64,000 nt of DNA from NCBI GenBank assembly GCA_030526155.1, contig JAUNDI010000006.1, forward strand, positions 16,426 through 80,425. Direction: 5' to 3'. The position numbers and the translations under genes were made by a program. The notes beneath the pieces are model-generated. The model made no database searches and was not told the DNA's origin. It saw nothing but the letters and a program-made list of their open reading frames with translations. Every line of letters starts with the position of its first letter. Positions within the stretch are counted from its first letter, which is position 1. This DNA is from Bacteroidia bacterium (GTDB taxonomy: Bacteria > Bacteroidota > Bacteroidia > Bacteroidales > Marinilabiliaceae). Below are positions 18,065 through 27,572 of this stretch, in pieces.

Positions 18065-20713
18065 CTACCTTTTCAAGCGAAGTAATTCACCTATTAACAA
18101 TACAGGCATAGTGCCGAAGATGACAATAAGCCAGTGAGAGATACTTAGAGGCTCGACATTAAAGAGTTCGCCTCCGAAAGATACGATACCTATCTGACCG
18201 AAGAATATAATAGCCACTATGACAAGGAATCCCTTGCAGTTTTTGAAATGGAATGCAGAACGTTTGGTTTGGAATGCACGCGCATTAAATAGATTCCAAA
18301 ACTGTAACATAATGAATATGGTAAAGAATAGGCTGCACTCGTATGAGTCGAGCATTGGCTTAGCCTCTACAGAAGGCACCATGAGGGCAGAGAGAGGCGT
18401 ATCGAAATCTATGTCAACATAGTGGAAATAGTACCATAGTCCTGTGAGCAAAACAAAGAATGTAGTACCCCAAGCAATAATATTCCACGTCATAGGCCTT
18501 GAGATGATAAACGACTGGCGGTCGCGCGGAGCATCCTTCATCACTACCGACGATGGAGGAAGAGAGGCGAGCGCCATAGCCGCGAAGGTATCCATTATAA
18601 GATTAACCCAAAGCATCTGCGTTACAGTGAGAGGCGACTCAGTACCCAAGAAGGCACCAGCTAGCACTACTAGACAAGCGGCAACATTCACTGTCATCTG
18701 GAAAAGAATAAAACGCTGGATATTCTGATATAGTGAGCGACCCCACATAACAGCGCGACCAATAGAGGTGAAAGAGTTATCGATAATAGTAATATCACTA
18801 GCCTCCTTAGCCACAGATGTACCATCACCCATAGAAAGGCCTACGTGAGCGGCCTTAAGGGCGGGCGCGTCATTTGTACCATCACCTGTAACAGCCACTA
18901 CATGTCCATTATTCTGCAGTGCCTCTACTAGGCGTTTCTTATCCATTGGGCGAGCACGAGCGATAATCTTTATCTGCTCTACCCTGTCTGAGAGTTCGGC
19001 ATCAGGAATCTCAGCAAAATCAGGACCCGTAATTATTGCACTATCTGTATCAGACTCTTGCCATATACCTATCTGACGAGCTATCTCGCGTGCTGTATTG
19101 ACAGTATCGCCAGTTACTATTTTGATATTAATACCAGCATTACGACACTCAGCTACTGCGCCAGGGACATCCTCCCTTATAGGGTCAGCAATAGCCACGA
19201 GTCCGAGGAAAGTATACTTATCTTGATTACTCTCACGATATGCGAAAGCGAGAGTACGCATTGCTTGACGTTGGTACCCCAACAAGACTTCGCCAATCTC
19301 TGTTTCATTGACGCCCTCACACATAGATAATACTATCTCTGGAGCACCCTTTAGGAACGAAAGTTCTTTAGACTTGACAGCAGAGAGAACTGTAGTCTCC
19401 ATATACTTACGCTCGGTAGAGAACGGTACCTCTGATATTACCTTAACGCCACTCTTGAGGTCGCGATAATCATATTTAGCCTTTGAAGCATACAACCATA
19501 AGAGGAGAGCGCCCTCAGTAGGGTTGCCTACTGGTGTAGGATTTTGAGAAGAAAAATCTAGAGAAGCCGACGAGTTGACCGCGATAGACTCAGCAATAAG
19601 TTTTGAGTAATCGTCATCATTCAACTCTTTTAGGATATTACCTTCGGGAGTATAGAAATGCGCCTCACGTACCGACATACGATTCTGGGTTAAGGTACCC
19701 GTCTTATCAGTACATATTACTGTTGTGGCACCCATTGTCTCGCAGGCGTGCATTTTGCGGACGAGGTTATTTGTCTTAAGCATGCTACGCATACTATATG
19801 CCAAGCTAAGGGTAACAGCCATAGGGAGTCCTTCAGGCACTGCCACTACTATGAGGGCAACCACTATCATAATAGACTGGAGAAGATATGTAATGAAATC
19901 TACCCAATCCCATGCCGTGTCGGCAGATTGTCCGATAGTGTACATTATGATACGACCCACGAATATGAGAGCCGCAATGGTATATGAAGCCCAAGTAATA
20001 AGTTTAGATAGTTTCTCTAGCTGGATATTTAGAGGAGTCTTTACCGACTGGTCAATTTGTGCTTCAACGAATACCTTACCATTCTCAGTGGCATCGCCCA
20101 CGGCCTTTACCACGTATATAGCGTGACCCTCCATAACTTTTGTGCCACGAAGGAGATGGTTTGTGGGATAGGTAGCGTTGTGGTCGAAATCCTCTTCACG
20201 AGTACTCTTATGGCATATTGGCTCACCCGTTAGAGTAGACTCATCTACTTGAAGGGATGTAGCCTCTAGGAGAGTACCATCGGCTGGTATCTCATCGCCC
20301 GTAGAGAGAATTACAATATCCCCCACCACTACATCGCGGCGAGGGATTTGTATAGTATTACTATTACGAATAACCTTTACTGGTTCGTCGTCATTAACCT
20401 TATTAAGGATAGCAAATTCGCGCTCAGCCTGTAGTTCAAAGATAAACGCTAAGCCAGTGGCTAGAATAATAGCCATAAATATACCCACTGGCTCGAAGAA
20501 TACGCTCATTGGCTTATCTAAACCTATGAACTCATAGAAAGATATACCTATGGAGAGTACTCCAGCTACAAGTAGTATGATAATAAGAGGGTCTGAGAAT
20601 TTGGATAGGAACTTACGCCAAAGAGGCTCTTTGGCAGGCGGTGTGAGAATATTGGCACCATATATGGCCCTATTCTCTTCTACTTGAGATTCGGAGAGAC
20701 CCTTATAAATCAT
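18065..20713 (-). CDS. Calcium-translocating P-type ATPase (PMCA/SERCA-like)
   Basis: 882 aa with the phosphorylation motif CTDKTGTLT, plus TGDGTNDAPALK and PEGLP, and 10 predicted TM segments. Confidence 0.9.
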   Translation of the reverse strand: MIYKGLSESQVEENRAIYGANILTPPAKEPLWRKFLSKFSDPLIIILLVAGVLSIGISFYEFIGLDKPMSVFFEPVGIFMAIILATGLAFIFELQAEREFAILNKVNDDEPVKVIRNSNTIQIPRRDVVVGDIVILSTGDEIPADGTLLEATSLQVDESTLTGEPICHKSTREEDFDHNATYPTNHLLRGTKVMEGHAIYVVKAVGDATENGKVFVEAQIDQSVKTPLNIQLEKLSKLITWASYTIAALIFVGRIIMYTIGQSADTAWDWVDFITYLLQSIMIVVALIVVAVPEGLPMAVTLSLAYSMRSMLKTNNLVRKMHACETMGATTVICTDKTGTLTQNRMSVREAHFYTPEGNILKELNDDDYSKLIAESIAVNSSASLDFSSQNPTPVGNPTEGALLLWLYASKAKYDYRDLKSGVKVISEVPFSTERKYMETTVLSAVKSKELSFLKGAPEIVLSMCEGVNETEIGEVLLGYQRQAMRTLAFAYRESNQDKYTFLGLVAIADPIREDVPGAVAECRNAGINIKIVTGDTVNTAREIARQIGIWQESDTDSAIITGPDFAEIPDAELSDRVEQIKIIARARPMDKKRLVEALQNNGHVVAVTGDGTNDAPALKAAHVGLSMGDGTSVAKEASDITIIDNSFTSIGRAVMWGRSLYQNIQRFILFQMTVNVAACLVVLAGAFLGTESPLTVTQMLWVNLIMDTFAAMALASLPPSSVVMKDAPRDRQSFIISRPMTWNIIAWGTTFFVLLTGLWYYFHYVDIDFDTPLSALMVPSVEAKPMLDSYECSLFFTIFIMLQFWNLFNARAFQTKRSAFHFKNCKGFLVIVAIIFFGQIGIVSFGGELFNVEPLSISHWLIVIFGTMPVLLIGELLRLKR

Positions 20714-20759
20714 ATTCTATTGTATTATTGTCTATTATCTTTAACTACTATGTAGTATG

Positions 20760-21527
20760 CTAGCGAATTGCAGAGATGAACTGCTTTGTAGCAGCTATAC
20801 CCTTATCAGTAAGATTCTTAATAAAGGCAGTACCTATAATAGCACCATCTGCATTTTGGCAAGCATGTTCGTACGACTCTTTATCCTTAATACCAAAGCC
20901 TATCATTGCCTTGTTCTTAAGGCCAAGAGCCTTGATACGCTGGTAGTACTGTGTTCGAGTATCAAGGGAAGCCTTGATATTACCTGTAACACCAGCTGAG
21001 GCAACCATATATATGAAGCCGGAAGATTTAGAGTCGATATACTTTATTCGCTCGTCAGAAGATTGAGGAGCAATCATTGGTATATAGTGAATACCATAGC
21101 TATCCATCATCTCCTTGTAGTGCTCTATGTACTCGTCGAATGGGAGGTCTGGAATAATAACACCATCAACGCCTACCTTTTGACAATCTGCCATAAACTT
21201 CTCAAAGCCGTAATGCATTACAGGGTTGACATATCCCATGAGAACTACCGGCATAGTAATTGTCTTACGCATATCCTTGATTTGCTCCAATAGCTTCTTG
21301 ATGGTAATACCATTATTCAAAGCCTTGAGGCTAGCAAGTTGTATTACAGGACCATCAGCAAGTGGGTCAGAGAATGGCATACCAATCTCTACCATATCAA
21401 CGCCCGACTCCTGTAGTGCTGTTAGCACAGACATGGTATCCTCCAATTGAGGGTAACCAGCAGTAAAATATATTGAGAGTAAGCCCTTCTTCTGCTCGAA
21501 AAGGCTATCTATACGATTATTGTTCAT
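20760..21527 (-). CDS. trpA: Tryptophan synthase alpha chain
   Basis: 255 aa with a TrpA pattern: YFTAGYP, EIGMPFSDPLADGPVIQ. Confidence 0.93.
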   Translation of the reverse strand: MNNNRIDSLFEQKKGLLSIYFTAGYPQLEDTMSVLTALQESGVDMVEIGMPFSDPLADGPVIQLASLKALNNGITIKKLLEQIKDMRKTITMPVVLMGYVNPVMHYGFEKFMADCQKVGVDGVIIPDLPFDEYIEHYKEMMDSYGIHYIPMIAPQSSDERIKYIDSKSSGFIYMVASAGVTGNIKASLDTRTQYYQRIKALGLKNKAMIGFGIKDKESYEHACQNADGAIIGTAFIKNLTDKGIAATKQFISAIR

Positions 21528-21532
21528 GATGT

Positions 21533-22717
21533 TTAGAGTATGAAACGATCCATATAAGTTGCCATATCCTTATCACCGCGACCAGAGACAGTCACGACAA
21601 CGTTATCAGTCGACTTAAAGTCTATCTTCTTCAAGCCTGCGAGGGCATGAGCACTTTCGAGGGCGGGAATGATACCCTCTAGACGAGTTAGCTCAAGTGC
21701 CGCATCAAGTGCCTCTTGATCTGTAGCTGCTAATACCTTAGCTCTGCCCGACTCTGCCAGGAATGAGTGCAATGGACCTACACCTGGATAGTCTAGACCT
21801 GCCGAGATTGAGTATGGCTCTATAATCTGTCCGTCATCAGTCTGCATAAGCATCGTGCGAGAGCCATGAATAATACCCTCAGTACCGCGTGCAATTGATG
21901 CTGCTGTTTCAGGTGTATCAAGGCCAAGACCCGCTGCCTCTATAGCAACTAGTTTTACAGTCTCGTCATCAAGGAAATTATAGAATGAGCCAGCTGCATT
22001 AGAACCACCACCTATACACGCCATAACGTAATCTGGAAGGTCCTTACCTGTCTGCTCTCTAAATTGCCATTTCGTCTCCTCTGAGATGATAGACTGAAGT
22101 TTGGCTACCATATCTGGATATGGATGAGGACCTACTACTGAACCTATGATATAGAATGTATCCTCAGGATTTGAAATCCAATCGCGCAAAGCCTCATTGG
22201 TAGCATCCTTTAGTGTTCGGTTACCTGTCATGGCTGGAATAACCTCTGCACCGAGCATCTTCATACGTGCTACATTAGGAGCTTGGCGTTGTATATCCAC
22301 CTCGCCCATATATACAGCACATTTCATACCCATAAGTGCACAAACTGTAGCTGTAGCTACTCCATGCTGACCAGCACCTGTCTCGGCAATGATACGTGTC
22401 TTGCCCATCTGCTTAGCGATAAGAATCTGACCTATAGCATTATTTATCTTATGGGCTCCCGTGTGGGCACAATCTTCTCGCTTGAGGAATATATTAGTAC
22501 CATAGGCAGCCGACATACGCTTTGCATAGGTAAGTGGCGTAGGGCGACCTACATATTCCTTGAGGAGTTGCTTATATTCTTTCTGAAAAGATTCTGAATC
22601 TAGAATTTCTTGGTATACCTTCTTAAGGTTATCCACATTAGGATACAACATTTCTGGCACAAACTGACCTCCGAAACGACCGTAGTATCCGTTTGAGTTT
22701 ACTGAATATTTTGACAT
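21533..22717 (-). CDS. trpB: Tryptophan synthase beta chain
   Basis: 394 aa with [16 protein letters not shown] (PLP lysine) and GGGSNAAG. Confidence 0.95.
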   Translation of the reverse strand: MSKYSVNSNGYYGRFGGQFVPEMLYPNVDNLKKVYQEILDSESFQKEYKQLLKEYVGRPTPLTYAKRMSAAYGTNIFLKREDCAHTGAHKINNAIGQILIAKQMGKTRIIAETGAGQHGVATATVCALMGMKCAVYMGEVDIQRQAPNVARMKMLGAEVIPAMTGNRTLKDATNEALRDWISNPEDTFYIIGSVVGPHPYPDMVAKLQSIISEETKWQFREQTGKDLPDYVMACIGGGSNAAGSFYNFLDDETVKLVAIEAAGLGLDTPETAASIARGTEGIIHGSRTMLMQTDDGQIIEPYSISAGLDYPGVGPLHSFLAESGRAKVLAATDQEALDAALELTRLEGIIPALESAHALAGLKKIDFKSTDNVVVTVSGRGDKDMATYMDRFIL

Positions 22718-22745
22718 TGTTAGTGTGTGTGTAATCTTTGTTTGA

Positions 22746-23369
22746 TTATTGATGTCCTCTTATTTTGGCCAATGACTCACGGAGGAGGTCAAAATCCTTG
22801 ACACCTGGAGCAATCTCAAATTTACTATTAAGATCAATAGCTGAAGCTCCACACGTAGCAGCTGCTACAATATTGTCAGGGCCAATACCTCCGGCGACAA
22901 ACCATGGTTTACGTATGGGCTGTCGCAGGATCAATTGCCAATCGAACCCACGTCCGCTTCCGCCGTACGTGGGTGTCTTGGTATCAAAAAGGTAATAATC
23001 CGTACAATCGGCAAAATCGGCAACATTCTCAAAGTCGCGCTCCGATTCTATATGAAAAGTCTTTATAACTTCAAAGCCTGCATCTTTAAGAGCATTGCAG
23101 AGCCTTGGCGATTCATTGCCATGAAGTTGTATCGTCTGCAACCCATAGGTAGCAGCTGTGTTGCGTATCTCTGTCTCTGATGAGTTGACAAATAGTCCCA
23201 CCCTATGCACATTACTAGGGATGATACTTAGCATCTCTGGCTTAAGTCGGTTCACTACATACCTAGGCGACTTAGGATAGAAGATAAATCCCAAGTAGTC
23301 TGGCTCGAGAAACAAACATTTACAGATATTGTCAATATCCGTCATGCCGCATATCTTGACTTTTACCAT
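22746..23369 (-). CDS. trpF: Phosphoribosylanthranilate isomerase
   Basis: [10 protein letters not shown] start with an LHG motif. I chose the ATG at 23369 rather than the extended track start at 23393. Confidence 0.88.
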   Translation of the reverse strand: MVKVKICGMTDIDNICKCLFLEPDYLGFIFYPKSPRYVVNRLKPEMLSIIPSNVHRVGLFVNSSETEIRNTAATYGLQTIQLHGNESPRLCNALKDAGFEVIKTFHIESERDFENVADFADCTDYYLFDTKTPTYGGSGRGFDWQLILRQPIRKPWFVAGGIGPDNIVAAATCGASAIDLNSKFEIAPGVKDFDLLRESLAKIRGHQ

Positions 23370-23455
23370 ACGCCTTGCTTTTCTTTTCTGCAAAGTACGG
23401 ATTTTTTTTCGTTAAAAACAATTACGAGAATAACGTAATTATTACCCCATTTTAC

Positions 23456-23479
23456 AAAAATTGCGATGAACAAGGAGGC
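23456..23479 (-). repeat. Solo box-A copy of the repeat family
   Basis: The reverse complement reads GCCTCCTTGTTCATCGCAATTTTT, close to box A at 5085-5107. Confidence 0.6.
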
Positions 23480-23573
23480 ATTATATAACCTCTTCGAATG
23501 ATATCTTAAAAAAAATAGCTATCTCATACATGTTATTTATTGCTGTTTTATTGTATTCATTGAAAAAGAAAGC

Positions 23574-23581
23574 TACCTTTG
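23574..23581 (+). promoter_or_regulatory. -7 promoter box TACCTTTG upstream of the sugar transferase gene
   Basis: Exact TAnnTTTG, 67 nt upstream of the ATG at 23648. Confidence 0.5.
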
Positions 23582-23647
23582 CCATGTTTCTAAACGAATA
23601 CACTTTAACACCTTTAAGTAGTAGCAACTTGCTTCCAATAAGTGGCA

Positions 23648-25072
23648 ATGAAAACGGATAACAACCTTAGTAATAGAGCAAAATTCGTCCGCACACTCCT
23701 TACCGTAGGTAGTGTAGGTGTGGCCTTATTATCTTATTTCGCATCTATTTATATCATCTATGGACACTCCTACCCTTCGTTAAGTTTACTTATTAACAAG
23801 GATTTCCTTATAACGTGCATCTTTATATCCATCTATTGGGGTACAATAGAAGTATGGCTTGGTCTTAACGAGGTGTACCGTAGTCGTTCATACGGATATG
23901 TCGTACTATACCACGTGGCTGAAAATATCATCGGTGTGATACTACTCACATTTAGTTTGGTATTCTTCGGCCTAGCAAACTATGGGAGAGATGTCATAAT
24001 CCTATTCGGTCTATTGAGTACCTTTGGCTCAATATGCATAAAGTTGGCATTCTATACAGCGCTTAAACATTTTAGACGCAATGGTTACAATAGCACAAGT
24101 ATTGTGTTCTACTGCGACCGCGAGGGAGAGTCAATACTAAATAGTATCACAAAGCACTACGAATGGGGATACCAAATCAAGGCAATCATTGGCGATCAGT
24201 ATATCACAGATATCTATAAGGATATAGCTCCAACATATCTTGACTCAGAGGCTAAGATCGAAGAGATCCTTACTCAGGATGTAGACGAATTCGTATATGC
24301 TCGTAAATACGACTCTTCTAAAGAGATTCTACGTTTTATCGACCTTTGCCAAGATTTGGGCGTTACATTCCGTTTGTACTCTCAGTTCTTAAATCGTATT
24401 TCGGCTAATACCCAACTTAGATATTTCGATACCAATGCCGTTATCACAATATCTAATACCCCTACTAATTATTTCGGACTTCTCGTAAAGAGAATTTTCG
24501 ATATACTTTTTGCTTCGTGTGTCATACTATGTGGACTCCCTTTCTTTATCTTGGTAGCCTTGTTGATAAAACTCGACTCAAGGGGTCCGATTTTCTTCAA
24601 ACAAAAGCGCTCTGGATTAAAGGGTAAGATATTCGAGGTATATAAGTTCCGCACAATGGTGACTAATGCCGAGGAGCTAAAGGCAAAACTCATGTCTCAA
24701 AATGAGATGGATGGTCCTGCATTTAAGATGACTAACGACCCTCGTATTACTCGCATCGGACGTTTCCTCCGCAAGAGTGGTATCGATGAGTTCCCTCAGT
24801 TCATAAATGTATTCCTTGGCGACATGTCTATAGTAGGCCCTCGTCCACCTCTACCTAATGAGGTCGCCGAGTACGAGCGTTGGCAGCTTCGCCGTCTCGC
24901 TATGAAGCCTGGCATTACTTGCCTGTGGCAAATATCCCCTAATCGTAACTCTGTCTCTTTTGACGATTGGATGCGTCTCGACCTAGAGTATATCGACAAC
25001 TGGAAGTTTACCCTAGACCTCGTAATCATCCTTAAGACTATTCGCACTATGTTACGTGCGGATGGCAAATAA
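23648..25072 (+). CDS. Polyprenyl-phosphate hexose-1-phosphate transferase (bacterial sugar transferase, WcaJ/WbaP-like)
   Basis: N-terminal TM bundle and C-terminal Bac_transf domain with KFRTM..DPRIT..G..LR....DE.PQ and VGPRP. Confidence 0.88.
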   Translation: MKTDNNLSNRAKFVRTLLTVGSVGVALLSYFASIYIIYGHSYPSLSLLINKDFLITCIFISIYWGTIEVWLGLNEVYRSRSYGYVVLYHVAENIIGVILLTFSLVFFGLANYGRDVIILFGLLSTFGSICIKLAFYTALKHFRRNGYNSTSIVFYCDREGESILNSITKHYEWGYQIKAIIGDQYITDIYKDIAPTYLDSEAKIEEILTQDVDEFVYARKYDSSKEILRFIDLCQDLGVTFRLYSQFLNRISANTQLRYFDTNAVITISNTPTNYFGLLVKRIFDILFASCVILCGLPFFILVALLIKLDSRGPIFFKQKRSGLKGKIFEVYKFRTMVTNAEELKAKLMSQNEMDGPAFKMTNDPRITRIGRFLRKSGIDEFPQFINVFLGDMSIVGPRPPLPNEVAEYERWQLRRLAMKPGITCLWQISPNRNSVSFDDWMRLDLEYIDNWKFTLDLVIILKTIRTMLRADGK

Positions 25073-25085
25073 TTAGATTACATAC

Positions 25086-25946
25086 ATGAAGAATAAGAGA
25101 TTTCTTACAATATTATCAATTACCATCCTTCTTCTCGCTATTGGAGGATGGTATTTATATAGCTATACACGCGATTCTTGGATCCCTTCTCGCACCAAGA
25201 TGGCTCAGGCTATTGCTGATATCTATTTGGTGGATGCAGTAGCTCAGAATGGCTCGTTCGAGAGAAACCGCAATGAACGTAATATGGAGAGGTTATACCG
25301 CTCAGTATTGGGCAAGTATGGCATAAACAAGACTCAGTATGATAGCATAATCGCTATATACTCTCAAGACCCTACCTCACTAGCATCACTATATGAGGAT
25401 GTAATAGCTATACTCACTAAACGTGATGCCGATTTTGAGAATTTGTATAATAAGCACGACTCGATACAAAAGCGTATTACTGCCCTTAATGACTCTCTAC
25501 GTATCACATATTGGAAGGGTCCTTCATATATCCATATCCCACTATCTGAAAGGGACACGCTAAATAAAAATATGCGCTTCTCATTCAAATTAGATAGCAT
25601 AAAGGGGGGAACTATAACGTATGCGTTCGACTACACCTTCCCTAGGTTAAATAAGAATAAGGATGATGTCAAAACATCTCTTATAGTAGTATACGACAAA
25701 AATAACGCCGACACTTGCCTAACCCCTCTATACAAGGATAAATTCTCTACCCAACATTTCATCCTAGAGCATAAGCTTAGAGATACCATTCCAGCTACTG
25801 AGATGAAAATATGCTTTATCGACTCCAAGAAAATCAAGGAGCATACAGCAAATTTCTCCGCAATTAAGCTCTCTTATATGCCATACGAAATAACTGATAG
25901 CGTACAATTCGATGAGATACAGCTCCCAGCTCTTTTTGCATACTGA
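25086..25946 (+). CDS. Hypothetical membrane-anchored protein with a DUF4296-like N-terminal region
   Basis: 286 aa with a signal/anchor. MAQAIADIYLVDAVAQ resembles DUF4296. The C-terminal two-thirds are not recognised. Confidence 0.5.
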   Translation: MKNKRFLTILSITILLLAIGGWYLYSYTRDSWIPSRTKMAQAIADIYLVDAVAQNGSFERNRNERNMERLYRSVLGKYGINKTQYDSIIAIYSQDPTSLASLYEDVIAILTKRDADFENLYNKHDSIQKRITALNDSLRITYWKGPSYIHIPLSERDTLNKNMRFSFKLDSIKGGTITYAFDYTFPRLNKNKDDVKTSLIVVYDKNNADTCLTPLYKDKFSTQHFILEHKLRDTIPATEMKICFIDSKKIKEHTANFSAIKLSYMPYEITDSVQFDEIQLPALFAY

Positions 25947-26276
25947 TGGCTCTTTGGGCAAATGGCCATTGATTGAGACTGATGAGAATAATGTCATCAC
26001 TAGTATTACAGAGTATAGCAATGGCATCCCTGAAATGGGACATCATTTTTTCGAAAGCGGACTTATAGTATGTTCTCTATGGGTGCTCCCCGAGTGCTGA
26101 ACGTACATTCCGACACTAAGGACGACTTTATTTTTCTTATGAAAAAGGCTTTCAAACTTGATGCGTCTGAAAGCCATACCTCTCTCATCGGAAAGAGAGC
26201 TAATATCTATCATATTTCAGGGTTCGACCTCAACACTTTTCATGCCGAGTCTGTCATAGTGCGACAGCTAGTCTAG
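25936..26276 (+). pseudogene. Possible internally deleted, frameshifted amidohydrolase remnant
   Basis: Two short ORFs lie in different frames (25912-26100 and 26070-26276). The first reads ..ETDENNVITSI..FFESGLIV, like an amidohydrolase N-terminus. The second has LNVHSD in place of the metal-binding HxH and a C-terminal-like tail ..LIGKRANIYHISGFDL..VIVRQLV. No catalytic barrel lies between them. Confidence 0.4.
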
Positions 26277-27499
26277 TCCATATCTACCGCCTTAGGGTAG
26301 CATAGGTAGAATCGCCTATCAATATTTCCAAGTGCTTGAATATTGAATATATCAGAGGCCTCAGATATATCACAGATATATGTTGGGGAGAACATGATAT
26401 TTATCCTATCATTACCTACCGTATATGTTTTACTACTCAACTGACCTGATAGTAGATAATACTCCATATGCTCCATAGGTATACCTAGCTTTTTGTTTAT
26501 TGCCTCACGTAATACCTGTATGCTATGAGGTGCAAATGGCTGGCGACTTATCTCTATATGGAATAGATCTCTGTTGATAAATGCCTGCGATAAACTACTA
26601 AGGACCTTATCAGATGACGACATCCATACTTTGATAGCCGTCATAATATCATTATCATCCAAAAGAGTAAACTGCCTAATAGCCTCTTCGGTAGCAAAAT
26701 CATTAGCGCTTACTTTATTGTAGAGGAAGAATCGTAACGCTGGTGAAGCAAATATCTCCTCGCCTTGAAGGGCTAATGTCTTTGCCCTTGAGAGAATCTT
26801 AATAAGCATTCGCTCAGCAACTACTACAGTCTTGTGCATATACACCTGCCAATACATCAGACGACGTGCAATGAGGAATTTCTCAACAGAGTATATACCC
26901 TTAGCCTCTACAACCAACTCGCCGTTGGCAATATTCAACATCTTGATAATACGTTCGTTGGCAATATTGCCCTCTGTCACACCTGTAAAGAAGCTATCGC
27001 GCTTCAAATAGTCCATTCTATCGGTATCGAGCTGACTAGATATCAACTGGTGCAAAAATGGCTTGCATTTGCCCGAAAAGGCCTCCATGGTAGGAGTCAA
27101 CTTACCATCTAACTGCTCGTTCATCCCCTTCATAAGGAGTAATGATATCTCCTCGTGAGATATTCCCTCAACAATAGAGCTCTCTAACACATGAGAAAAC
27201 GGACCATGACCTATATCATGAAGCAGCATAGCCGCCATATTGGCTACAGCCTCCTCCCTTGAGATATCTACCCCCTTACTCTCTAATGTCTGAATAGCCA
27301 TCTGCATAAGATGCATAGCACCAAGGGCATGAGAAAACCTTGTATGTTGCGCCCCAGGATAAACAAGATTAGTCATGCCTAACTGATGTATCCTTCGTAG
27401 CCTTTGCATCCATGGGTGGTTCAAGACATCCAATAATAGCTTATCGTCAACATTTATAAAGCCATGTACTGGGTCATTGATTATCTTTTGGTCTTTCAT
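26273..27499 (-). CDS. HD-domain phosphohydrolase (dNTP triphosphohydrolase-like)
   Basis: 408 aa with RFSHALGAMHL and LLHDIGHGPFSH motifs. Confidence 0.85.
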   Translation of the reverse strand: MKDQKIINDPVHGFINVDDKLLLDVLNHPWMQRLRRIHQLGMTNLVYPGAQHTRFSHALGAMHLMQMAIQTLESKGVDISREEAVANMAAMLLHDIGHGPFSHVLESSIVEGISHEEISLLLMKGMNEQLDGKLTPTMEAFSGKCKPFLHQLISSQLDTDRMDYLKRDSFFTGVTEGNIANERIIKMLNIANGELVVEAKGIYSVEKFLIARRLMYWQVYMHKTVVVAERMLIKILSRAKTLALQGEEIFASPALRFFLYNKVSANDFATEEAIRQFTLLDDNDIMTAIKVWMSSSDKVLSSLSQAFINRDLFHIEISRQPFAPHSIQVLREAINKKLGIPMEHMEYYLLSGQLSSKTYTVGNDRINIMFSPTYICDISEASDIFNIQALGNIDRRFYLCYPKAVDMD

Positions 27500-27511
27500 C
27501 TGTCGTCAAAA

Positions 27512-27553
27512 TAAAAAAGCGGAGTATCAAGGGTGCTACCCTTAACGCTCCGC
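27512..27553 (-). terminator. Intrinsic terminator after infB
   Basis: On the minus strand, GCGGAG..AAGGGTagcACCCTT..CTCCGC is followed by TTTTTTATTTT. Confidence 0.7.
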
Positions 27554-27572
27554 AATATTGCTTTATTATCTA

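Noticed and set aside
23394-23647. A possible invertible promoter or phase-variation switch upstream of the sugar transferase gene.
   Set aside because: I found no flanking inverted repeats and no nearby recombinase. The region contains only a solo box-A repeat and a standard -7 box.
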